Both the position numbers and the translations under genes were made by a program. From Nannocystales bacterium (GTDB lineage: Bacteria > Myxococcota_A > Polyangia > Nannocystales > Nannocystaceae): a stretch of DNA of 64,000 bases. The DNA lies in assembly GCA_050633305.1 (NCBI GenBank), contig JBOEGF010000005.1, positions 384,001 through 448,000 of the forward strand, read 5' to 3'. The notes under the pieces were generated by a model. The model saw only the letters and a list, made by a program, of their open reading frames with translations. It searched no databases and was not told the origin of the DNA. Positions 39,519 to 48,729 of the stretch are shown here, piece by piece (the first letter of the stretch is position 1; every line of letters begins with the position of its first letter).

Positions 39519-40541
39519 CTACGGCTGCTGCTGTGCGCGCGGAAAGTGCACACAGACCCGGGCGCCTCCATCTGAGAGGTTTTCGGCTGAGGCTTGGCCT
39601 CCGTGGCGCCGCGCGACGCTGTCCACCAGGGCGAGGCCAAGACCAATTCCCGACGTCGTGGAGAGAGGGTCGAACGCGTCACGCAGAAGTTGCGCCTCGA
39701 ACCCGGGGCCCTGATCTCTGACCCACAGGACCAGCGCGTCGCTCGACTCCGTGGCCCCGAGCCGAAGCACGCCCTCGCCCCGCATCGCCGTGTTTGCGTT
39801 TCGCAGCAGGTTGACCAGCACCCGCTGCAGGAGGCCGGGGTCGGCATCGACGCGGAGACCCGAGGGGGTCTCGATGAGTCCACGCATCGCGGATGGCAAC
39901 GCGGCTTCCTCGAGGGCGAGGGAGAACGCCTCCCGCACGTCGAGAGACTCGAGTCGCGGCGGCGCGTTGCGGGCCAGATGCATCAGGTCCTCGATGATGC
40001 GATGGCAATTCTCAACCTGGCGCCCGATCTTCTCGATGTGCCGCCCTGTTTTCTCGTCGCTGGGAGCCCGCCGCTGCAGAAGGTAGAGCGAGGACTGGAT
40101 CACGCCCATCGGATTGCGGAGTTCGTGGCCCAGCGTTCCTGCGGCCTTGCCCAGCATCGCGAGCCGATTCCTCTGAGACGTGGGGTCGTCGAAGCGGGCC
40201 TGGGCGACGACGGTCGTGATGCGTAGTTCCGCCTCGGTCCACGCGGTGAGCCGTTCGGCGAGCGCGGGGTCCTGGAGCCGCCGGGCTTGGGAGACGCGCA
40301 GGAGCGCCTCGACGTGTTGCGGGAGGGAGGTCGCCTCCAGGGCGCTATCGGCGAGCGATGCGCGAAGCTGTCCGGTCTGGGCGTCGTCGGATCGGACAGC
40401 CTCGATCCACTGCCGATATCGCTGCGCGTCGAATCCGAGCTCGCGTGCGTCGTCGTCGGCGCGGCCGAGCAAGACCCCAAGGACCTCGGAGGAGAGTGAC
40501 TCCCCGCGTAGGGGCCACGAGACTGCGTCCCAATCCGACAT
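39519..40541 (-). CDS. Histidine kinase with helical N-terminal domain (possibly a degenerate globin sensor)
   Basis: GHELRNPM, NLLRNA, DQGPG, GIGLGL. Confidence 0.85.
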   Translation of the reverse strand: MSDWDAVSWPLRGESLSSEVLGVLLGRADDDARELGFDAQRYRQWIEAVRSDDAQTGQLRASLADSALEATSLPQHVEALLRVSQARRLQDPALAERLTAWTEAELRITTVVAQARFDDPTSQRNRLAMLGKAAGTLGHELRNPMGVIQSSLYLLQRRAPSDEKTGRHIEKIGRQVENCHRIIEDLMHLARNAPPRLESLDVREAFSLALEEAALPSAMRGLIETPSGLRVDADPGLLQRVLVNLLRNANTAMRGEGVLRLGATESSDALVLWVRDQGPGFEAQLLRDAFDPLSTTSGIGLGLALVDSVARRHGGQASAENLSDGGARVCVHFPRAQQQP

Positions 40542-40619
40542 TTCACGATCAACTTCAGACAAGACCAGCCGTTCGCCAAGCCGCTTTTTCCGCGCTCCGC
40601 CCGCTGCGTTGATTGCGCT

Positions 40620-40634
40620 ACGCAAAAACTGCGC
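40620..40634. promoter_or_regulatory. Palindromic site ACGCA-N5-TGCGC between divergent genes
   Basis: CGCA-AAAAC-TGCG inverted repeat, with a second TGCGC half-site just upstream. Confidence 0.45.
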
Positions 40635-40673
40635 GGCGACGGCGTGAACCGCGGGATATGCCCACTAGAGCGC

Positions 40674-42080
40674 ATGTCTGGCACGGACGCCCCCACCGAA
40701 GAGACTCGAATCCTGGTCGTGGACGACGAGGCCGCAGCCCGCAACGCGCTCGTCGAGCTGCTTCGCGAGGAGGGGTTCGCCGTACACTCGGCGGCGGACG
40801 GCTTCAAGGCGCTCGGCCAAGTCGACGCGTGGAGCCCCCACCTCATCATCACCGACGTGAAGATGCCTGGCCTCGATGGGCTGGAGCTGATGAAGAAGCT
40901 GCGCGTGCGGGGAGACGTCGTGGGCATCGTGGTGATGACCGCGTTCGGTTCCGTCGAGAGCGCCGTCGAGGCCATGCAGCAGGGCGCCGACGACTACCTG
41001 ACCAAGCCCGTGCACTTCCCCGAGTTGTTGGTCGTCGTCCGCAAAGTGCTGGAGCACCAACACCTTCGGCAAGAAAACTCGCTGCTCAAGTCCGAGCTGA
41101 GTGAGGCCGGGAGTGACGGGGTGCAGTGGATCGGGACGTCGAAAGCATCTCGCGACTTGGTCGCACTGATCCGTCAGGTCGCGCACTCGGATGCGCCCGC
41201 CTTGGTGCTGGGCGATCACGGCACGGGCAAGCAACTCGTGGCGCGAGCGCTTCATGATTGGGGAGCGCGCGCTGCCGGGCCGTTCGTCACGGTGCACTGC
41301 GCCGGGCTGGAAGAGTCCGTCCTCGAAGCGGAGGTGTTCGGTCACGTCGCAGGGGCATTGCCGGGCACGACCTCAGCACGCGACGGGGCGTTGGCCCGAG
41401 CGAACGGCGGAACGCTACTTCTCAACGACGTCTCCCACCTTCCAGGTGGCGCCCAGAACCGTCTGCTGCGGTTCCTACAAGAGGGGGTCTTCGAGCGTCT
41501 CGGTGGATCCGAGACCGAAACCGCGGACGTTCGGATCGTTGCGGCGTGTGATCTGGACCTTCAGCAAGTCGAGACGTTCCGAGATGAGCTGTACTACCGG
41601 CTCAACGTGGTGACGCTGCGGGTTCCGTCGCTTCGGCAGCGGTGGGAGGACCTCCCCGCGCTCGCGATGCACTTCCTTCAGGTGCACGCGAAGCAGCGCG
41701 GAAAACACATTCGGGGATTCAGCGATCGTACGCTTCACGTCCTGCAGCACTTCGACTGGAAGGACAACGTTCGTCAGCTTGAACATTGCGTCGAGCGGGC
41801 GGTCGTTTTGTGCAACGAGCGAGAGGTTCAGCCGCGCCACCTGCCTCGCGAGGTCCTTCACCACAGTCCGGGCGACAGCGGAGACGCACCGCGTATGCCG
41901 GGGTCCTCGATGGCCGACATCGAGAAGTACGCGATCCTCAGCACGCTCGAGCTGGTGCGGGGATCGACGCGGAAAGCCGCAGAAATCCTCGGCATCTCGC
42001 CGCGTAAGATTCAGTACCGCCTCGCGGAGTATCGAGAAGCCGGCCCGTCTGGTGTGCCGGCCGTCAAGCCGACGAAATAG
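40674..42080 (+). CDS. NtrC-family response regulator with degenerate AAA+ motifs
   Basis: Intact receiver and Fis HTH; GDHGTGKQ; GALPGT in place of GAFTGA; LLLNDV in place of FLDEI. Confidence 0.9.
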   Translation: MSGTDAPTEETRILVVDDEAAARNALVELLREEGFAVHSAADGFKALGQVDAWSPHLIITDVKMPGLDGLELMKKLRVRGDVVGIVVMTAFGSVESAVEAMQQGADDYLTKPVHFPELLVVVRKVLEHQHLRQENSLLKSELSEAGSDGVQWIGTSKASRDLVALIRQVAHSDAPALVLGDHGTGKQLVARALHDWGARAAGPFVTVHCAGLEESVLEAEVFGHVAGALPGTTSARDGALARANGGTLLLNDVSHLPGGAQNRLLRFLQEGVFERLGGSETETADVRIVAACDLDLQQVETFRDELYYRLNVVTLRVPSLRQRWEDLPALAMHFLQVHAKQRGKHIRGFSDRTLHVLQHFDWKDNVRQLEHCVERAVVLCNEREVQPRHLPREVLHHSPGDSGDAPRMPGSSMADIEKYAILSTLELVRGSTRKAAEILGISPRKIQYRLAEYREAGPSGVPAVKPTK

Positions 42081-42243
42081 CGTCGGCCGCGACGCGAGCG
42101 TGAAGCCCGTGTTGGCCAGGGTGTAACGCTACGACCACTCGACCCGTCTCACCCGCGGGCCGTCACAGCGTTGGTTCGCGGCGGGTGTTGATCATGGCCC
42201 CGTTGCTCGCCGTGAGATGCTCCTGCCAGGCCGAGATCCGTTC

Positions 42244-43878
42244 ATGACGCACGCACCCAACAAACCTGTCCAAGTTGCGACCTGGTCTGCACTCGAGGAC
42301 CGCGCGCCTTCCTATGCGCTCGTGGCCAACGTCGACCTCGTTGTCACCCGCTTCGATGACCGCGTGTCTGTGCTGTACGGGCGTTGCCTGCACCGCGGCG
42401 CGCTGATGTCCGATGGCACCGTGCAGGGCAACGACCTGGTGTGCGGGCTTCACGGCTGGGACTACCAGCTCGACTCGGGCGTGAGTGCCTACGACAACAA
42501 GGAGGCGCTCCATCGATTCGAGGCCTGGATCGACGTCGACAAGGACGCCGTCTTTGTCGACGAGTCCGAGGTCGCGGCGTGGCACGAGGAACACCCGCAG
42601 GCCTACGACCGGGACGCGTATCTGGGCCTCTACGACGACCCCCATGGGGGACCTGAGGAGCCCTACAACAAGCGGACGCGCAGCCTTGCCGTGCTGGGAC
42701 CACAGAAGACGGGCCATCACGGTCCCATGTCGTCGATGGGCGTGGCTCTGACCGAGCTACCCCGTTGGGACTCGATCCAAATCCTCACGGCCCAGCTTCA
42801 CCGAAAGCCTCGGCTCGATGAGGACGTGGTCGGCAGCGGAATCACGATCGGCCCCAACGCGAAGAAGCCCATGCAGCTGAAGATCCCGCTGTTCGTCAGC
42901 GACATGAGCTTCGGGGCGCTGAGTGAGGAGGCCAAGGTTGCCTTGGCGAAGGGCGCTGAGGCGGCGGGGACCGGGATCTGTTCTGGTGAAGGGGGCATGC
43001 TTCCTGAGGAACACGCCGAGAACTCCCGGTACTTCTACGAACTCGCGTCGGCGAGGTTCGGCTGGAGTCTCGACAAGGTCGAGGGGGTCCAGGCGTTTCA
43101 CTTCAAGGGCGGGCAGGGGGCCAAGACCGGGACCGGTGGGCACCTACCCGGAGACAAGGTGAAGGGGAAGATCGCCGAGGTCCGTCAGCTCGATCCTGGC
43201 ACAGCCGCGATCAGCCCTGCGACCTTCAGAGACCTCAGCACCCCTGCCGACTTTCAAGCCGTGGCGGACCAAGTTCGAGAGCGCAGCGGCGGTATTCCGA
43301 TCGGGTTCAAACTCAGTGCCCAACACATCGAGGCTGACCTCGACTTCGCGCTCACGGCGACGGCGGACTACATCATCCTCGATGGCCGCGGCGGTGGGAC
43401 CGGGGCCGCGCCAGAGGTGTTCAGGCAGAACATCTCGGTCCCCACAATGGTCGCGCTTGCTCGCGCGCGTCGGCATCTCGACCGTCGTGGACGGGGGGAT
43501 GTCACGCTGATCATCACCGGAGGATTGCGAACCGAGTCGGACTTCGTCAAAGCGCTGGCACTGGGGGCGGATGGGGTCGCGGTCTCCAACGCCGCCATGC
43601 AGGCGATCGGCTGCCTTGGCATGCGGGCCTGCCACACCAACAACTGTCCGGTTGGGATCGCGACCCAGAAATCCCACCTTCGGCGACGTTTGGAAATCGA
43701 CAAGTCCGCAGCGCAGCTCACCAACTTCTTCGACACCACAGTCGGTTTGATGAAGGTGCTGGCCCGCGCGTGTGGCCACGAGCACGTCTCGCAGTTCTGC
43801 CTCGACGACCTGACGACCTACGATCGCGACCTCGCCTACCTGACCGGCGTGCCCTATGCCGGCGTTGTGCCGTTGTAG
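42244..43878 (+). CDS. Rieske [2Fe-2S] domain fused to a glutamate synthase FMN-binding domain
   Basis: CLHRG..CGLHG; SDMSFGALS, SGEGG, GQGAKTGTGGHLPG, DGRGGGTGA, CLGMRACHTNNC. Confidence 0.9.
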   Translation: MTHAPNKPVQVATWSALEDRAPSYALVANVDLVVTRFDDRVSVLYGRCLHRGALMSDGTVQGNDLVCGLHGWDYQLDSGVSAYDNKEALHRFEAWIDVDKDAVFVDESEVAAWHEEHPQAYDRDAYLGLYDDPHGGPEEPYNKRTRSLAVLGPQKTGHHGPMSSMGVALTELPRWDSIQILTAQLHRKPRLDEDVVGSGITIGPNAKKPMQLKIPLFVSDMSFGALSEEAKVALAKGAEAAGTGICSGEGGMLPEEHAENSRYFYELASARFGWSLDKVEGVQAFHFKGGQGAKTGTGGHLPGDKVKGKIAEVRQLDPGTAAISPATFRDLSTPADFQAVADQVRERSGGIPIGFKLSAQHIEADLDFALTATADYIILDGRGGGTGAAPEVFRQNISVPTMVALARARRHLDRRGRGDVTLIITGGLRTESDFVKALALGADGVAVSNAAMQAIGCLGMRACHTNNCPVGIATQKSHLRRRLEIDKSAAQLTNFFDTTVGLMKVLARACGHEHVSQFCLDDLTTYDRDLAYLTGVPYAGVVPL

Positions 43879-43929
43879 CGGGTCCTCCGACGCGGCCCGA
43901 CCTCTTCCCCAACAAGACGACGTTCCATC

Positions 43930-46746
43930 ATGTGGACCACCCTCGGAACCATCTCACCTTCGAAACTCGCCGATGCCCGGCTGTCCGTGCACTGGGCCTC
44001 CCAGCTCCCCGCTGCGGTGGCTGCGGCTGTGTTGCCCCACCGCGACGACTACGCGCACACCAACCTGGGTTGGGACTCCGCAACCGGAGCGCTGTTGAGT
44101 CGAGCTCTCGGCGAGGAACGGGCGGTCTACGCTGGTTTACGCGTCCGAGACCTGAGCTGGGTCGTCGTGGAGAACGGAGAGGTTGTCGCCTCGCTCGACG
44201 CCGACGGAAAAACACTGGCGCAAGGGCAAGCGTGGTTCGCGGAGTCGGTGGGGAAGGTCTCGGGAACCGGCATCCCCTCGTTCCCGCTGTTTGAGCACGA
44301 CATGCCCGCGGCCGCTGTTGAGGGAGGCGGGGTCTTTGACGCCAAAGGCCAGGCCGCCGAACGTGCAGAACTCGCGCTTTGGATCGCCAACGCGCACTTC
44401 GTCCTCGAACGATTCGTCCGGGACGACGGGGCTGCTTCGCAGGTGCGGTTGTGGCCTCACCATTTCGACCTCGCCAGCCTGATCACGCTCGTACAGCATG
44501 AGGACGCCGAGCAAGCCAAGTCGGTGAATGTCGGCTTCAGCTTCGGTGACGGGAGCTTTGACCAGCCCTACGCATACGTCAGTCCTTGGCCGTACCCGAC
44601 CGATCGCAACGAGACTCCTGCGCTCGTGCACGGCGCGTGGCAGACCGACGGCTTCTTCGCGGCCGTTGCAACTGGGGAAGTGCTTGTCGAGGGGGGAGAA
44701 GGACAGAGTCAGCGCACCGAGCAGTTCCTCGCCCAGGCATCCAACCAGAGCCGAGCGATGCTGGGGCTGCCTTCCGCCCCTCGTCGTAGCGCCAAGCTCG
44801 TTTGGTACAAGGCCGCGGAGCCGGAGGAACTCGAAGAAGGACGGGTCAAGAGCGTCACCGCGGGCCACCGAGGCGTTTGTCTGACGCGGCACGAGGGCTG
44901 CTACTCCGCCTTGACCAACGCCTGTCCCCACCAGGGCGGACCGTTGGGAGAGGGGTCCATCGAGAAGGGCTGGCTTCGCTGCCCGTGGCACGGGTGGGAC
45001 TTTGATCCGCACACCGGCCAGTCTCCGGGGGCGCTCGAGGATGGCCTCGAGACGTTTGCAGTCGAGGTCCGAGACGACGGTGTGTACGTCGGCGTGGAAC
45101 CCGAGGACCCGCATGTGCGCGACGCGTCGGACGTCATGGCTGAGACCATGGTCGGTTGGGGGGTGAAGTGGGTGTTCGGCATGGTGGGGCACTCCAACCT
45201 TGGGCTCGCGGACGCGCTCCGTCGGCGCACCGAGGCGGGCGAGCTGGGGTACATCGGCATCCGTCACGAGGGCGCTGCATCGTTTGCCGTGTCTGCCTAT
45301 GGCAAGCTCACCGGACGTCCCGCAGCTTGCCTCGCGATCGCGGGTCCGGGGGCGACGAACCTGCTCACCGGGTTGTGGGATGCGCATGTCGACCGGGCGC
45401 CCGCGCTTGCGTTGACCGGCCAGGTGCAGTCGCAGGTCCTCGGTCGGGGCGCGTTTCAGGAGATCGATCTCGAGGCCGCCTACGGAGGCGTTGCGCAGTT
45501 CCACGCGACGGTTCTGCACGACAGCCCGTTCGCAGAGCTGATGAACCTGGCGTGCAAGAAGTCGATCTTGGGCCGCGGGGTCTCACACTTGGTCTTCCCG
45601 GACGAGGTGCAGACGCTTCCGGTCGGGGACACCCCCGCGGGTGGCCCACAAGGGCGCATGCCCGACCTCCATGTCGCTCCTGCTCCTGCTTCGCTCGATG
45701 CTGCCGAAGCGGCGCTGAAGGCCTGCAAACGCCCGGTCATCATCGTTGGGCACGGTGCGCGTTTCTCGATGGATGCCGTGCGGAGCTTCGCGGACGCCTT
45801 CGGCGTTCCGGTCGTCACCACGTTCAAAGCCAAAGGACAGATCTCCGACAGCCACCCCTTGGGCTGCGGCGTCTTGGGGCGCAGCGGCACCCCGGTTGCG
45901 AGCTGGTTCATGAACGAAGCGGATCTGTTGTTGGTTCTTGGCAGCAGCTTCAGCAATCACACGGGCATCACGGACTACAAGACCATTGTGCAAGTGGACT
46001 TCGAAGCGGATGCGCTCGGTCGCAAGCACCCCGTCTCGGTCCCGGTGCTCGGAGAGATCGGTGTCACGCTCGAAGCGTTGGGCCAACGGATGAAGGGGCA
46101 CGTTGGCTTCGAGGACCAGCGGACCGAAGTAGCCGAACGCTGGGTGCTTTGGCGGGCCGAAAAGCACAGCCGGCTCCGCGACGACATGGGCAAGGGGCTG
46201 AGCAGCGCCACCATCTTCGATGCGCTCACTCGCCTCGCGCCCAAGGACGCCATCATGGCCGTGGATGTTGGCAACAACACCTACTCGTTTGGCCGCTACT
46301 TCGAGGCCGACCAACACGCGGTGTTGATGTCGGGCTACCTGGGCTCGATCGGGTTTGCGCTTCCCGCCGCGATGGGAGCGTGGGCGGCGACGCAAGAGGA
46401 TGACCCGCGCTTCAACGGACGCAAGGTCATCTCGGTGTCCGGCGATGGGGGACTGGGGCAGTACCTCGCCGACCTCACCACCTGGGCCAAGTACGGGATG
46501 AACATCACCCACGTCCTGCTCAACAACGGAGAGTTGGGGAAGATCAGCAAGGAGCAGCGAGTGGGGGGATGGGACGTTTGGGAAACCTCCCTGCACAACC
46601 CGAACTTCTCGGAGTTTGCCAACAACTGTGGCGTGCTGGGCATCCGGGTCACAGCAGCAGACGAACTCGACACGGCCCTGGAGGCGGCCCTGGCACACGA
46701 TGGCCCCGCGCTGGTCGAGGTCATGGCAGACGCGCTGCTGTTCTAG
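43930..46746 (+). CDS. Three-part fusion: DUF5996-like domain + Rieske + ThDP-dependent pyruvate-oxidase-like enzyme
   Basis: WPHHFD..GFSFGD..PYAYVSPWP; CPHQG..CPWHG; RHEGAA, GPGATN, GDGG..LLNN. Confidence 0.88.
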   Translation: MWTTLGTISPSKLADARLSVHWASQLPAAVAAAVLPHRDDYAHTNLGWDSATGALLSRALGEERAVYAGLRVRDLSWVVVENGEVVASLDADGKTLAQGQAWFAESVGKVSGTGIPSFPLFEHDMPAAAVEGGGVFDAKGQAAERAELALWIANAHFVLERFVRDDGAASQVRLWPHHFDLASLITLVQHEDAEQAKSVNVGFSFGDGSFDQPYAYVSPWPYPTDRNETPALVHGAWQTDGFFAAVATGEVLVEGGEGQSQRTEQFLAQASNQSRAMLGLPSAPRRSAKLVWYKAAEPEELEEGRVKSVTAGHRGVCLTRHEGCYSALTNACPHQGGPLGEGSIEKGWLRCPWHGWDFDPHTGQSPGALEDGLETFAVEVRDDGVYVGVEPEDPHVRDASDVMAETMVGWGVKWVFGMVGHSNLGLADALRRRTEAGELGYIGIRHEGAASFAVSAYGKLTGRPAACLAIAGPGATNLLTGLWDAHVDRAPALALTGQVQSQVLGRGAFQEIDLEAAYGGVAQFHATVLHDSPFAELMNLACKKSILGRGVSHLVFPDEVQTLPVGDTPAGGPQGRMPDLHVAPAPASLDAAEAALKACKRPVIIVGHGARFSMDAVRSFADAFGVPVVTTFKAKGQISDSHPLGCGVLGRSGTPVASWFMNEADLLLVLGSSFSNHTGITDYKTIVQVDFEADALGRKHPVSVPVLGEIGVTLEALGQRMKGHVGFEDQRTEVAERWVLWRAEKHSRLRDDMGKGLSSATIFDALTRLAPKDAIMAVDVGNNTYSFGRYFEADQHAVLMSGYLGSIGFALPAAMGAWAATQEDDPRFNGRKVISVSGDGGLGQYLADLTTWAKYGMNITHVLLNNGELGKISKEQRVGGWDVWETSLHNPNFSEFANNCGVLGIRVTAADELDTALEAALAHDGPALVEVMADALLF

Positions 46747-48638
46747 GGGGCTGCGTCTCCTCGCTGGGGTCTTTTCGCGTTGTCGCCCTCGGCGACGAGC
46801 TGGTGTAGGTGCCAGGCCCGTACTGCGTTCTCGCGTTGTGCGGCGTTCCAGGCGGCTCGCGCTCGTCCGATGAGAACGACCGGCGTGATGATCAACCCCA
46901 GGCTACCGACCGCCAGCACGACAGGGGTAAACGTGGGGTGCAAGCCGGTGATCCCCGGTAGGATTTGGATCGAGTCCTGCGCAAAAACCGTCTGCGCCGG
47001 GATCCAGCCGAGCGCCTCGAGGACAACCGGCCCGAGAATCCCCAGAGCGCTCATCGCCGCGGCCACCAGACGCTCACGGCGATAAGGGGACAGGCTGAAT
47101 GCGACCGCCTGTCCCATGAGGATCGTGGGCAGCAGCAGGTACGGGCCGAAGAGTCGAGTCATGCTCGACAAGGCGAGCGTGCCCACCAGGATCACCAGCA
47201 ACGAGTGCGAACGAACATAGCGGTCTTGTCGAGCCGCCCACCAACTGACCCCAGCGGCGGCGACCATCAGGACCGTGGAGATGGCGAGCGACATACCGTC
47301 GCGAAGCCCCATGAGGAGCAGAAGGGGGACGTAGAACACCCAGGAGATGAAGCCGATCGCACCGTCGCGGGCGGCAAGGCGCATGTGCTCCTGGTGCAGG
47401 GCGTCGATTTCCGTGTCGGCTTCGGGGGGGAGTTCCTTCGGCGGGTGTTCGAGAAGGTCGACCATCGTTGCGATCGCGTCGCGATTGCTTGGGTCGAGTC
47501 CGAGTGCGCGGCCAATGGCTTGCAACGCCATCCCTCGAGCCTCCTCGTCCCCCTCGAGCGCACGCGCGCCGAGGCCTTGCGCGTGCTCTGCAAGCTCCGA
47601 CGCGGCGACCCGTCTCAACTCGAGGTTCTGGTCACCGTCCAAGAACGCGGTCAAGGAGGCATGAAGTGCCCGGGCGCTATGGAAACGATCGCCGGGATCC
47701 GTCGCGGTCGCACGGAGACAGATCGCCTCGAGCTCTGGAGGCACGTCGAGGTCCGGGTACCTTCGGGAGATTCTGGCGTCGGCACCGTCGATGGTCGCGG
47801 CGACGAGCGCTGCACCCGAGTCCCCGGCGTGGAGCTTCTCGAGGGTGAGGGCTTCGAACAGGACCGCGCCCAGCGCATACACATCGCTGGCACGGGTTGC
47901 CTGCTGCCGAAGCTGTTCGGGCGACGCGTAGCCCGGGGTTCCCAAGACCGCGCCGACTTGTGTCTCGTCATCGCGACTGGACGGGAGCGAAAGCTCGTCC
48001 AGCTCTGGTGCGTCTTCGATCTTTGCGAGGCCCCAGTCGAGGACGTAGACCTCTCCGTACCCTCCGAGCATGATGTTGGCGGGCTTGAGATCACGATGGA
48101 TCACGCCACGCTCGTGCGCGAAGTCGACGGCCAAGCAGACCTGGGCGAACGCATTGAGCAGTCGCCTTCGGGTGTCGGCTGGCTTGGCCGTCCCCGAACG
48201 CATGCGCCGCAAGATCTGGAGCAGGGACTCTCCCTTGACCCGCTTCATCGTGAAGTACGTTCGGCCGTCGTGTGCGCGCGACAACTCGTACACCGGAACG
48301 ATCGCCGGGTGCTCGAGTTGGCCTTGGACACGGGCTTCGCGAAGGAACCGTCGGCGTGCGGCGGCGTCGTGCTCGACTCCTTCGCGGATCTGCTTCATTG
48401 CGACCTCGCGGCCGATGACCGGGTCGGTGCACAGAAACACCTCGCCCATGCCCCCACGACCCAGCAGTTCCCGTCCCTCGTAACGGCCCCCGCGAACGGC
48501 GAGGGGCTCGTCGGCGTCCGGGTCGCTCACCGAAGTCGCGGGCGGTTGTGCCGAAAGCGCCCCGAGAGTGTCGGCTTCCGCCACGTCCGGCACAACCGTC
48601 GCGACGTCCGCGGGGGCATCCGGGGTGGGATCCTTCAC
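46743..48638 (-). CDS. Ser/Thr protein kinase with C-terminal multi-pass membrane domain
   Basis: GRGGMG, VAMK, HRDLKPAN, DWG, GTPGYASPE; several TM helices. Confidence 0.92.
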   Translation of the reverse strand: MKDPTPDAPADVATVVPDVAEADTLGALSAQPPATSVSDPDADEPLAVRGGRYEGRELLGRGGMGEVFLCTDPVIGREVAMKQIREGVEHDAAARRRFLREARVQGQLEHPAIVPVYELSRAHDGRTYFTMKRVKGESLLQILRRMRSGTAKPADTRRRLLNAFAQVCLAVDFAHERGVIHRDLKPANIMLGGYGEVYVLDWGLAKIEDAPELDELSLPSSRDDETQVGAVLGTPGYASPEQLRQQATRASDVYALGAVLFEALTLEKLHAGDSGAALVAATIDGADARISRRYPDLDVPPELEAICLRATATDPGDRFHSARALHASLTAFLDGDQNLELRRVAASELAEHAQGLGARALEGDEEARGMALQAIGRALGLDPSNRDAIATMVDLLEHPPKELPPEADTEIDALHQEHMRLAARDGAIGFISWVFYVPLLLLMGLRDGMSLAISTVLMVAAAGVSWWAARQDRYVRSHSLLVILVGTLALSSMTRLFGPYLLLPTILMGQAVAFSLSPYRRERLVAAAMSALGILGPVVLEALGWIPAQTVFAQDSIQILPGITGLHPTFTPVVLAVGSLGLIITPVVLIGRARAAWNAAQRENAVRAWHLHQLVAEGDNAKRPQRGDAAP

Positions 48639-48729
48639 CGACGCATCGTAGCGCGTTGGGGCAGCGGTCGACTTCAGGTGCGGCCCATGCCCGGAAGCGG
48701 TCGATCTCATGCTAGGAATCGCTCACGCC

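Noticed and set aside
40563..40580. Sigma-54 promoter for the leftward kinases (TTGGCGAACGGCTGGT)
   Set aside because: The -12 position reads GT rather than GC
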